DNA of 64,000 nucleotides from the human T2T-CHM13v2.0 reference genome, Homo sapiens, in assembly GCF_009914755.1 (NCBI RefSeq), contig NC_060926.1; one strand, 5' to 3'. Of the stretch, positions 29,184 to 42,160 are shown piece after piece (the stretch's first letter is position 1; every line of letters begins with the position of its first letter). The notes below the pieces were generated by a model, which saw only the letters and a program-made list of their open reading frames with translations, ran no database searches and had not been told where the DNA came from. Both the position numbers and the translations under genes were made by a program.

Positions 29184-31336
29184 GTAAATTTTCATTATGC
29201 GTGCATTTGATATATGCCTTTTGCTAAAATTGCTGTGTAGAGTTAGAAACAAGGTCTCTCGGGTATTGGTCTTTTAGGCTAAGCACAATATAAAATGAAT
29301 AATTAATTGTCTGATATTTTTAAACTGAAAGATCTAATTTACTTTGTATTTTAATTTTTTATTTAAGGTTGGTGATAAAAGTAAAATGTATTACCTTCTA
29401 CTTCTTATTAACCCTTAAAGGAAGCACATGATTAAAGGCTTCTAAGTTTAGTGGAGGCATTAATTTTTTAGTACACTTAGATTAAAAGTTGGTTATCTAC
29501 CTGAAGCAGTCAGTGAAAATCAATTTAGTCATCAATTTACATTTTAAGGAACTCGTAAATATATATGTTTACGGTAATAAAAATTAAACTTTACTGTTTA
29601 TAAATCAATAAAGCTTTTTAAAAATTAAGACAGACTTATTGTATCTAAATCAGGTAGTCTTCTAGTGATAGACATTTGAACATTCCCTCACTTTTCTTTT
29701 GTGAATACTTTGGGAACTAGAGCAGCTTCCCCAGAGCTGCTGTTGCTTCAGTGAACCAAGGCCTGGAAATATTGCCCTCTTTCACAGGGACCCCTGCCTC
29801 ATGGGAGCCACTGCCCCCAGACCCCCTAAGCCATAACCCACTCCTAGTAGAGGGGAGAGGTTTCCTCACCCATGTGCCTCTTTTGCTTTCTTTGCCATGC
29901 CAGACACCTGCTCAACACACCAACCATTTCTGGTCCTACCTCCGTCCCTCTGGTTGCCAGAGGCCCTGACCTACTTGGACAGAGCTCCTTTGTTTTCTTC
30001 CACCAGCCCTCCTAGGAGTCCAACTCCTGGGGAGGAGTGTGGGCATGAAGGTTTGCACAGTAGGCCATTATCCCTGCTACTTTAGAACGCATTTCTAGAA
30101 ATAGAGTTTAAAACGTGAAACCCTTAGCTTCCACGGTTCCCTATTACTCCATAGCTTAGTAATTTATGGCTTAACCAGGCTTTTTGAGGACTACTATAAG
30201 AAGATAACACCTATAATATTGGTTCTATAGGGAGATGTCTTCTGTCTTCTAAATTAATCTCTGAAGTTTTTACAATGACTCTTCATAATATATATAACAT
30301 ATAATATCTTTAATATATTTTATATAATAAAATATATAAAATGTTTTAAATAAGATAAAATGTTTTAAAGTTAACATGTATTTTCTCAAGAATACATTTC
30401 TATATATTTTTCTAAGAGGTTCCTATCAACAGTGGCAGGTTTCACCTACTTCTGTAAACTACCTTCATACATCAGAATGCATAAAATTATTGAATTACTT
30501 CCTAGAATAAGTGGCCTGTCACTCGCAAGTCAAGCACTGTTATAATCACGCACTGTATTCCTGAGGAATAGGTGTGCGTGTGTGTGATTCAGTTTAACTA
30601 ACCATGTGTATAATATTCCCCTGTGTTCTGACATAGAGATATTATATTTGATTAAGTAATTCACAGAAAGGCTCATTTTCTATTCCTGATTAATAATGAA
30701 TATCACCAAATAGTATTTGAAATTGAGAATAAAGAGCCATTATTCATGGAAGCGTACCCCAATTCTATTGTCACTGTGCATATACATACTAAAAACATAC
30801 GTGCATATACATATATGATCTAACACACCTCTTTAAGGTTTCCTTGTTTACCTGAATGCATTGTTGGCCTGCATGATATAGTCTTTAATATACTGGCCCT
30901 CACAACTCTCTCCTCCAATGTAAAATCTAGTACGTTCATGAGCTCCTTTTATTCAGAAAACAGAGGCAAAAAAAAAAATGCTTGACTTTAATGAGATATA
31001 GCAAATAAAAATTAACAAACTTTAAAATACAGCCTATTTGAAGAGGTTTTGTAATGAGCTTTTTAAAAAACATTTCAAGCCTGGTCACAAAAGGGCTTGA
31101 CTGCTGAGGAGGTTGTAATGTAGCCCCCAAATCTTTGATTTTCTTTGAAATTCCATCTCTGCAAACTCCACCACAGGTACTTAAGTGGCAATTTGAACAT
31201 AAGTCCCTTGTCAAAATTTGTGTAGATTCATTTGGATTCAAAGTGAACATTTTGTTCTAATTTAGGGGTTTTAATTTTCTTCTCTGATGATTGCTTTTGG
31301 TAAATTATTTACATAGTTGATTCTTTGTTTCCTCAG

Positions 31337-31436
31337 GGTGTCCCATTCTCGAAAATTTTCAAAGTGCAGCATTTTGGAGTATAGAGACTTTTTACAGAGA
31401 GGAGGTGGAGCCTGCCTTTTCAACAGGCCAACAAAG
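31337..31436 (+). CDS. ADAM23: ADAM23 exon ~15 ([33 protein letters not shown])
   Basis: cctcag|GGTGTCC ... ACAAAG|gttagt; 100 nt; FSxCS and CLxNxP motifs. Confidence 0.96.
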
Positions 31437-31844
31437 GTTAGTAACTTAGAAAGCATACTAAGAAAGTATATTATTTCTCCAGTGTTTTACAGTGCAACAG
31501 TGCTGGATATCAGACGCCTGTCTTGGAAAGCAGGTTTCTTGTCAATCAGATTAATATTTAGTTATAAAAGTCCTTATCATGTTAAAGATTGAGTCCTGTT
31601 TAAATGAATGACAAAACCATAGATTCAGCATTCTCAGTCTCTGGTGTTTCAGTGCTAGCTAGAACTCCCAAATCCTCCCTTCCAAAGAGCAAACAATCCT
31701 TCAATTAAAATATCTTTGAGATTTTCATGTTAAGATTTTTACCCTGCTGCTAAGAGATGGTGGGTTAAATTAAGATAAAATATTATTTTAACTAATTTCT
31801 CTGATAAAAATTCCATTTCTCCTTGACATTCTTTCTAGGGACAA

Positions 31845-32211
31845 GTATTAGTCCATTTTCACACTGCTATAAAGATACTACCTCAGACTGGGTAATTTAT
31901 AGACAAAAGAGTTTTAATTGACTCACATTTCCACATGGCTAGGGAGGCCTCAGGAAACTTATAATCATGGTAGAAGGTAAAGGGGAAGCAGGCATCTTCT
32001 TCACAAGGTGGCAGGAGAGAGAGAAAGAGTGCGAGGAAGTGCCACAGTTTAAAACTATCAGCTCTAGTGAGACTCACTCACTATCATGAGGACTGTATGG
32101 GGAAACCGCCCCCATGATTCAGTCACCTTCCACCAGGTAGGTCCCTCCCTCAACAGTGGAGAGTAGAACTCAAGATGAGATTTGGGTGGGGACACAGAGC
32201 CAAACCATGCA
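31845..32211 (-). mobile_element. MaLR solo LTR (MSTA/THE1-like)
   Basis: gtattagtccattttcacactgctataaag...gatttgggtggggacacagagccaaacca. Confidence 0.88.
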
Positions 32212-34853
32212 GGGCCTGACTAATTTCTTGACTTTTGTTTTTTTTTGAGTGGTTTGTCCTCTTGGGACATTAGTTCCTTATGAATATCAGCGAGCCAAAA
32301 AATCACCCAAGGTATTTATGGATACCATAAATACACATACGTGTTTATAATGCATTGTCTCTTTACCTGGAGAGGGCCACATTGTCAATTGGCATCTCGT
32401 CAAACTTTGTGTATATAGTGTCACAATCCCTTATTCGTGTATTCTTAATTCAGAAAACTGAAAATTTTCAGAAGTGTTTTTTATGTTTGTGGAAAACACA
32501 TTTGACAGTAAAACTTGTCCTAAACTGAAAATATTTATACCTCATAAGGTAAATATTCATAAGTCTTGTTGCAGAAATATTAACTGATTATAGGGTGTGT
32601 CCCAGGCCCCTCAGGACTATTATATAGAATATGGTAAATGCATCGTACTTCTCTAAACTTCAGCAAAGCTGGAAGTCTCAAACTCACCAGCTTCAAAGCT
32701 TTTGCATAAATCGGGGCTGTAGACCTGCAGTAGCATGTTTGGAAATGAAGTTGCTCAGCAGGCAAAAGATAGGATCAATGCTAATTAGCAGATGGTATGG
32801 AAATTCTAACATGGCAAATTTCGTATTTCTTTTTAAAATACTACTTCATGAGTCAAATATAGCTCATTGCTATGCAAAATGTTTAATACTTTGCAAACTG
32901 AGAGAGCAGCGAAATAATGTTAACCTTTTTTTTTAAATCAGTAACTAATGTGGTAACTAACAGGATAATTTATTCCTAAACCCATAATTAAGTGACACTA
33001 CGTAGTCAGGAGATGGTGGCTTGATGCCTGACATCTGTGTAGAATCTTAGTATGGCTGTGGAAAAAAGAAACAGGACTTTCAAAGTGACCTTGCGTCGTG
33101 AAAGTCAGTTGCCTGCCTTTCATAACGTTGATTTCAATGCAACAGAAATCCAAAAGCTTCAAAGTGTTCAAAATGGGTGAAATAAGTAATAATGAACTAA
33201 TGTGAGCTGCTGGCATTTTTGAATTGTAATGTACATGGCTAATTTTACCCACCTTGTAGCTTAGGAGCTAATTATAAGCATCATGCCTGAGGAAACAACT
33301 CTCACTTGTTTGGAAAGGTTAAGGTTTCTAGCATATGCATAAAGATCCATCAATGGATTTCTGAAATTGTCTATGAGTTAGGAGAAAATTATTCTAATAA
33401 CTTGGAAATGAAATAAAAATAACTATAAATCATCTATTTTTTAAAAAGTTAGTAAATATGGAATTATGTCTTTTTAAACTACGTAGTACAATGGTTAATA
33501 AACAACTATGGATGCCAGTGGAATAGTTTATATGTATGTATCAAAGAAGTGACTTTTTCCCCCAAGCGTTTTGAATGTATGTATATGCATGTGTTGTGTG
33601 TGTATTATTTTTACATTATATGTGTGCATATTTTCTGTGCTTTAGGAATCTTCCCCACTGCCATGTTTTCCACACTGTTGGAGATAGTGACCCGTCTCAG
33701 GATGGAGGCAGAGTCCTAAGAAGGAAAGAAGGGGGAGCCTGGTATAAAGTGCAGGCCATGTTCTAGTCAGCCCTTCCCTTTTCCAGTTTCTCCTGCCTCC
33801 TGATCAAAATAACACAGAGATGTGCAATGCTGATTTTGCTCATAGGACTTTTCCACAGGGGGAGTCCCACCCAAGTAGCCTGGAAACCTTTGCTTTTCGT
33901 AATAGTTTTGCCTTCCTGGAAGTGGAAGGAGGATCAGTTCTTTCTCAGGTGAATTTAGTGGAAGGCAGCGCTTCCTTGAGGTGTGTTCAGCTGCTGGAGA
34001 TGGAGTCAGTTTCTCCCTCTCATATTTAGGGCTCAGAGCATTTGGGTTGGAGTGTGCTGCTCCAGCCTTCATTTAAGGTGTAGTGATTATGCCCAGAGAA
34101 ATCCTGCCCCCCTCCCCACTGCCCCTGGAATGGGAAGCAGGCATGTTTCTCATAAACAGTCAACTACCTTTACAGTTGCTCTATAATATAGTTTATCTGG
34201 CAAGCAAGTTGATGGCACCAGTAGACTAGATTATTCTAGAAATTATACTCTTCTATTGCCCTAGGAATGACTGAGAGATTTCTGTATATCCATACATGTG
34301 TCTTATGCTTGCAGACACTTGAGATTTCTTTTCAGTGAGAATGATGGTCTTGGATTTCTAGCAACATTTTTTCCCCTAAGTTTACTTGCATTTACTTGAT
34401 TGTACATATCACATTTGGCTATGACTGAAGCATATTTATCTTTTTGACAGTTTTTATGGCTTCTCAGCTGTCTTGAGACAAGTTAGCAAATTAGATATCT
34501 GTGAGTCTTATTAGCAATGCATTTTAGCTCCATTAGCAAATATGAAAAGTGATCTATTCCTCTTGACAGCTTGTCTCCATGAAAAGTAACTCTAATGCTA
34601 GAGTTCATCTGTGGAGCCCACAGCCAGAGAATCCCCCAAGAGATATTGCCCCATTTCAGATATATTTTTAAGTACTATTAATAAGTGAACAGTATTTCCC
34701 ATACAGTCATCATTTATAAGATGCCACAACAACAGATCAAAGAAGAATATCACATGATAGCTGATTATACGGCCATTGTATGTGGCCCAGTTGATGTGCT
34801 GATTTTCTGTGATAAATTGAAACATTTTTCCCTTCTGTCCCTAATCTCTTTAG

Positions 34854-34925
34854 CTATTTGAGCCCACGGAATGTGGAAATGGATACGTGGAAGCTGGGGA
34901 GGAGTGTGATTGTGGTTTTCATGTG
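34854..34925 (+). CDS. ADAM23: ADAM23 exon ~16, disintegrin start (LFEPTECGNGYVEAGEECDCGFHV)
   Basis: ctttag|CTATTT ... CATGTG|gtaggt; 72 nt; CGNGxxExGEECDCG signature. Confidence 0.97.
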
Positions 34926-35307
34926 GTAGGTATAAGAAACCTTCTATACTTACAGCACAGATCTTACTTGGTGCAAACAGGTATAGCATTTGTGAGAGGC
35001 CAGCACATTGATTGTGGTCTTACTGCCTTTCTTTCTCATCTCTCTGATTAGTGCTTAATTCAACTCAGACCTGTTGGAATCAGTCATGTCCTTATGGCCT
35101 TGTCTGAGCAAACCTAATAGATTCTTCTAATTAAATTCCCTACCTCTTAAAAATTTATAGCTCATATTCATCTCAGATAAGTTTTACCAAATCGTAAAAC
35201 ATTCTTTCCGTGTTGTATATTATTTTTATCTTTATAAAATAGATTGGGTATTAGAATGTAGTGGAGCTAATTGGAGGAGAATTGCCTGCTAAAAATTAAG
35301 CTTTCTC

Positions 35308-35687
<380 letters not shown>

Positions 35688-35840
35688 CTATCCTTGTTTA
35701 AAGTAATTAATTCTTTCCCAGAATATTTGCTTACTGTTGTATAAATGTTCTCATTTGGAATATGCATGCCACGTGTGGAGAGAATATGAATGACCAGCAG
35801 GTAAGGCTCTTCGCTTACTCACGTGAAGTGTTTTCTCTAG

Positions 35841-35930
35841 GAATGCTATGGATTATGCTGTAAGAAATGTTCCCTCTCCAACGGGGCTCACTGCAGCGAC
35901 GGGCCCTGCTGTAACAATACCTCATGTCTT
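35841..35930 (+). CDS. ADAM23: ADAM23 exon ~17, disintegrin (ECYGLCCKKCSLSNGAHCSDGPCCNNTSCL)
   Basis: ctctag|GAATGC ... TGTCTT|gtgagt; 90 nt. Confidence 0.96.
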
Positions 35931-37228
35931 GTGAGTTTTCTGACAGTTTCATCTTTCTTTTAATTGACAGATTAGCCAGATATCTCAGTGTGTACACTGA
36001 GCATTTGTGTAGCTTGTCACAAATTTCTTGGGTACAGTGTACATATTAGCCTGGCAGTTTTCTAGGATCGATAAATCTCAAATTCTGTGGGCCGCAACAT
36101 TTATCTCTACTATTATTCACTACCAACCATCTTATCCTCCAATGCCTCATTAGGAAAATATACCTAAACTGCTTCCAAAAGAGTTGCCCTACTAACATAG
36201 ATGAAATCCAAATTAAATTGTTGAATAGAGGGGAGACAATTTCTGTGGTCTTTTTAATAATATGACCTACTTATAACATTTTTCTTCAAAACTTACCCTA
36301 ATTTATTTTAGACCTGAACATAAAAGCTAGTGCTCATATTTTCCCATTGGGCTTTTAAAATCCCCTGTAAAGGCAAGAAAGTGAGATAGGAAAGTAACAT
36401 ATGAATGCACACTCATATGTGTATATACATGGTTTGTGTGTGTGTGTGGACAGACACAGTCTTCCATCTACAGAGACCACCAGTTATTTTTGAAAACTCA
36501 TTTTAATCTTCCCTTTTCTCATATATATAACCTCTAATATTTCTTATAACCATAGAATTACATAATTTTATGATTTTGTTTCAATATTAGGGGGTATTAT
36601 GCATTATGGTATTTAGAAGTTTCTAGCTTATTTCTCCTTGCTTCATGTCCCCAACCAGATTATAAATTGCTTGAGGGCAATGGGCTCTTTCCTTCACCTT
36701 TTACCCACACCCTCCTCAAATAAAATGCTTTGTATACAAAAGGCATTCCCTGGCATTACTAAAGGTAATTCGTATGAATTTATTAAAATTTGATTGTCTG
36801 TGTTTAGCAAAAGAAAGTTTAATATCTATGCTAATAGGTAATTCAGTGAAGGTTGGGTATATATGTGAATTCTTCAGAGAGATCTTAAATGTTTATATTA
36901 TAGTGTTTTGCTATTTTGTCTTAAGCCAAACCAGAATTTCTTCTTTAGGTGATTTCCGTCACATTGTTTTCTGAAAATAGTACTCTGAAACAGTGGGTTT
37001 TGAAATCTGAACATTTAAAGCTTTGGTTGATGATTCATCTTTAGTGTAGAGGGTAGCATCTGGGTCTTGTTTCTATTCTGCAATAGGATATTCTGTCTTG
37101 CTAATTCTTAAAAAGAGTTTGGTGTTAGTTATGCGAGAGTATAGGCATTGTCGGTGAGTCTAAGAATGTTATAATAACTCTGAAATATTATGTAATGCTA
37201 ACTCTTAATATTGAATTTTGATTTGCAG

Positions 37229-37309
37229 TTTCAGCCACGAGGGTATGAATGCCGGGATGCTGTGAACGAGTGTGATATTACTGAATATTGTACTGGAGAC
37301 TCTGGTCAG
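37229..37309 (+). CDS. ADAM23: ADAM23 exon ~18, disintegrin loop (FQPRGYECRDAVNECDITEYCTGDSGQ)
   Basis: ttgcag|TTTCAG ... GGTCAG|gtatgg; 81 nt; AVNECD loop. Confidence 0.96.
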
Positions 37310-37349
37310 GTATGGCGCACTGAGTTTTTGGTAATACATTTTACTTGTA

Positions 37350-38383
37350 CAGGTTGAGTATTCCTTACCACAGTGCTTGGGGCCAGAAGTGTTTCAGATT
37401 TAAGATTTTTTGGATTTTGGAATATTTGCATATTCATAATGAGATATCTTGGGGATGGGACTCAAGTCTGACCATGAAAGTCATGGATGTTTCATATACA
37501 CTTTATACACATCGCCTGAAGGTAATTTTATGTAATATTTTAAGTAATTTTGTGCATTAAACAAAGTTTCTGTACATTGAACCATTGAACCCTCAGAAAG
37601 CAAAGATATCACTATCTCAGCCACCCATGTGGACAATCAGTGGTTGTTTGGCATCACCATCATTCCTGACTCTGAATCTGTATGCTACCAATAGGCAATT
37701 ACTTTCTTGTACTTATTCACACCTAATTACTTAACAGTAAAAAAAAAAAAATTGGACATGCATTAAGACATTGAAAAAATAATATGTTCACCAAGCAGCA
37801 CAGTAACATCACCCAGATAACTGTATCAGCTGTTGAAAAATAGCAACAATGAAAATGGCAGGCTTTCAGTCACCACTTATGATGCCGTGTTTTAAACCTT
37901 TGAAAAGGTTACTGTAGGATGTATTTTACTTTTTTTTTTTTTAAGAAACATCAGAAGCAGTAGAGGGACCAGGAAGTGGGTCCTCTACGGATAAGGGGGC
38001 ATTCTGCTGGATGGCTTTTTAAAATGTTTCCTCCAGAGTCATCTGCCTCATTAACAGAGTTTTTGCTTAGAAGTCTCTCTTTGATTTTATTAGGTTGGTG
38101 CAAAAGTAATTGCGGTTTTTGCCATTGCTTTTGATGGCAAAATCAATAATTACTTTTGCACCAACCAAATATAAACTGGCATGATTTCTTGTTATGAATG
38201 CACACTGGCTCTCGTTCTTCACAAAGCCCGTCACACACTTTCACCATATGTCCAGAGGCACTTCTGCAGTGTTAACAACGTCATCTTCATCATCATGTCA
38301 ACGTTCAAAAAGTTTCAGATTTTGGAGCATTTCTGATCTTAGATTTTTGGATTAGGGAAGCTCCCTCAACCTGGCTCAACCTG
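37350..38383 (+). mobile_element. Tigger4/Zombi (MER46-like) internally deleted DNA transposon
   Basis: TA|caggttgagta...ctcaacctg|TA terminal inverted repeats with TA TSDs. Confidence 0.8.
38090..38169. mobile_element. MADE1 MITE nested in the Tigger4 element
   Basis: TA|ttaggttggtgcaaaagtaattgcggtttttgcc...taattacttttgcaccaaccaaa|TA; 80 bp. Confidence 0.93.
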
Positions 38384-38999
38384 TACATATTTTAAAGCTT
38401 TCAGTATAGATTGCACATGTGAATATGCTTTGTTTTATGTTTTATTTTGCTTGGTTTTCTGGTTATTTCTAGCTCTTTACCATACCTTTATTTTAGGAAA
38501 GTTTGGTGTGGTTTTCTTTTTTTTTTTTTTGGCAGGAGGGGCCTAAATCTTTTTTTCTTCCTAATTTCTCCTTCATAATTAGTTATCTTTATATGATTTA
38601 TACCCAACTAATTGAGTTTTCTTTTCTGGTCCTTATATCTTAAACAGTACACTCACATTGATGAAGCACTAATGTGCCGTTTTCAAACATTTTAAAGCCA
38701 CGAAACTATTTATTAGACAAAATTTGGATGGATGCCCAATGTAGAAAATAAGGAATAAGCAGCACTACTCTGGTTAAAGTGGGATTGGGAGCAGAAGTCC
38801 ACCTTTCTTAATTCTCCATTGCCGTGTCTGTCCCACAGATGTAGCCCTGGCTTCATGGCCTATGTGGTTTGGCATGATCTTCTTCCCATTAAGCTTATTG
38901 CCACATAATTAATATTGCCCTCTAAAATTCCTTCTTTACATAATGTTTATGTTTTTAATTTACCTATTTTATGTGTTTAATTTATACATATTATGTCTT

Positions 39000-39420
39000 T
39001 ATTTGTCATTCAAATGAGTATTTGTTGAGGGCCTACTGTGTTAAGCACTGCTGTAAATGCTGGGACATGGCCTTGCTCTTGTGGAACCTACATTCTGCTG
39101 GGTATAGAAAGGCAAGTAAATAAAAAATCAGATGGTGGTAAGTACAAAGCATAAAATAAGGCAAAGTGGAAAGAGTATAGGGTAGGATGTGATAGATAGG
39201 GTGATCAAATATTTCTTTCTGGAGGACATGGCATGGAAGCAGAGACACAAATAAGAAGGAGCTTGTCAGTAAATAGTGAGTACAGAAGCTTAACTTCTCC
39301 ATGAAATGGAATGAAAGCAAGGATAGCTGGAGAATAGTAGAAACAAAAAGGAAGTCAAGAATCAGGGCAGGTAGGGACATGTAGGCCATGGAAAGAATTT
39401 TAGATTTCATTCTACCTTCA
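39000..39420 (-). mobile_element. L2-like 3' end
   Basis: tcattcaaatgagtatttgttgagggcctactgtg resembles an L2 tail. Confidence 0.6.
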
Positions 39421-41360
39421 TTTTAATTCTGACATTATTTTAAAAGCATTTCCCCATACTGTTACACAGTTTTTATAGTTAATTCTTTTCACGATTGTAT
39501 GAGAGTCTGTCATGTGGATTTATCAGTTGATTTATACCCAGTATGGGTATTTAGATTTTGGCAGTTTATTATTAGTAGTATAGAAGTGAACATCTTTGTG
39601 CATTTTTAAAAGAGTGTTTCTTGTTCAGGGTTAGCTCCTCAGGACAAGCTCCTAAAAATGGGGTTACCTGTTGCTAGGCATTGTGCTTTCCAAGAGGCTC
39701 CCAATAGAGTACACTTGGCAGTCAAAATATCACTTTTATTATTGAAAATGGCCAAGTTGAAGGCTGTAGCTTAATGTGAGGGCTAAAAGTTATCTTTAAG
39801 ATCCCAGTTCAGGCTATAGCAACAGGTTACTGACAAAATTGGGTCCAGAAGGACAATGTATGGCACGGGGAGCAATGGAAAATGCATGGTTTATGTGGGT
39901 AGGCTTGCTTATAAAAGAATGGCAGAACTGTGGCGGAATGCCTAGTTCTTCTTCCCAAGCTTATCATTGGTCAGTCACTCCACCTCCCAATGATGGAAGT
40001 GAGTAAGGAGTAGGGGAGCTGGGGTTACACTGAGTTCCTTAACCAGAAGAAAAAATGAGGAGAGAGAAAGAAGGGTTCCTAAGTAACATTTTTGTAAAGG
40101 TGTTGATATATATTATTTGAAATTCAATTCAGATGGACCCTCTTAAAGAAATGGTACAGTGAAATATGTTCAGGCCGTGTTTTCATGATTTTTATGCATA
40201 TCTGTTTCTTACATTTCAATATATAAATAGGTTTTTTTGCAATTTTCTGTAATATAATGACAAAGTATGAGAATTGTAGGTTCTGTGTTTAATGACGTGT
40301 ATTGACAATACTGATACACTGTTTCAGAGTTATATTTTTAGCTTTGTAGAATACTACTGTTTTTATGTTTACCATATATGGTTTTAGTTCTGTGTATTCA
40401 GCCCTTTTAGAGGTATAGTTTTTTCATTTCAATCTTTAACTCTTTAAGTGCCATAGAATTTACTAGAAATAAGATTTTTATGATGAGAACTCTTTGTTTA
40501 ACCTAATATTCTATTGTCTAAGTAAAACATTTTTTCTTTTTATAGCATGTGTCTAAGCTGAAAATTATACTGTTAAATTAATTTCTCAGTACATATTAGA
40601 ATAGAATATTTTTGCTAATATTTTTCTAGCATGATCAGGATGAACCTAAAATAGAAGTAGAGGGAGTTAAAACCCCCCAAAATTCTTCTTTTTCTCCTTA
40701 AGAAATAATGAGCTTTGAATTTAATTAATACTACTAATAATTAAGAAAATGGAATCTCTACAACTCTGAGAATCAGTATTTACAGGCAACATTATGACTT
40801 TATCTCTTTTACCTCATAATGTGTTTTTCTTAATTTTTATATTAGCATTTACTGATGCCTCAGAGCTACTTATTAAACTTACGGTTTATAATAGAATAAA
40901 CAATACTTACGTAATTAAGAGAAATCCTTGACAAACAATACTGGTGGATGTAATACAGATATTTGAAAGATAGGAGAAATAGGAGAAATGTTTTTTGTTA
41001 GTGCTATGAAATATGTCATCTAAGTGGGTAGTATAACATAATTTAAAATAAACACTTCTAAATGCTATTGCACTATTGAAGCCTGCCTGCCTCAAGTGAA
41101 CCATCCTGTATAGCATAATGTACAAGGAAGGTTCTGGAATGACATTTAGAGACTGAATCCAATGCTCCACTCATAAGCAGAATAAAGTGCACAGATTTAT
41201 GGTTTTCCTGTTTTAAATGTCCCCAGAGAACATAGTACATTCCCTAATTTCCCTCGTTAAACATTCCCATGATAAGCAACTGTCTTTTATTAGCCTAAAC
41301 TAAAACCAAATAGATTAGAAATCTCACATGTGGCTATGCCAATTTAGAATAAGGGCATTT

Positions 41361-42160
41361 TTTCTTTTTTTTTTTTCTTTTATTATTATACTTTAAGTTT
41401 TAGGGTACATGTGCACATTGTGCAGGTTAGTTACATATGTATACATGTGCCATGCTGGTGCGCTGCACCCACTAACTCGTCATCTAGCATTAGGTATATC
41501 TCCCAATGCTATCCCTCCCCCCTCCCCCCACCCCACAACAGTCCCCAGAGTCTGATGTTCCCCTTCCTGTGTCCATGTGATCTCATTGTTCAGTTCCCAC
41601 CTATGAGTGAGAATATGCAGTGTTTGGTTTTTTGTTCTTGCGATAGTTTACTGAGAATGATGATTTCCAATTTCATCCATGTCCCTACAAAGGACATGAA
41701 CTCATCATTTTTCATGGCTGCATAGTATTCCATGGTGTATATGTGCCACATTTTCTTAATCCAGTCTATCATTGTTGGACATTTGGGTTGGTTCCAAGTC
41801 TTTGCTATTGTGAATAGTGCCACAATAAACATACGTGTGCATGTGTCTTTATAGCAGCATGATTTATAGTCCTTTGGGTATATACCCAGTAATGGGATGG
41901 CTTGGTCAAATGGTATTTCTAGTTCTAGATCCCTGAGGAATCACCACACTGACTTCCACAATGGTTGAACTAGTTTACAGTCCCACCAACAGTGTAAAAG
42001 TGTTCCTATTTCTCCACATCCTCTCCAGCACCTGTTGTTTCCTGACTTTTTAATGATTGCCATTCTAACTGGTGTGAGATGATATCTCATTGTGGTTTTG
42101 ATTTGCATTTCTCTGATGGCCAGTGATGATGAGCATTTTTTCATGTGTTTTTTGGCTGCA
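41361..42160 (-). mobile_element. 5'-truncated young L1 (L1PA2-like), about 800 bp
   Basis: Poly-T then attatactttaagttttagggtacatgtgcacattg; cccactaactcgtc (non-Ta); ORF2 C-terminal peptides in ORFs 41590-41832 and 41941-42144. Confidence 0.92.
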
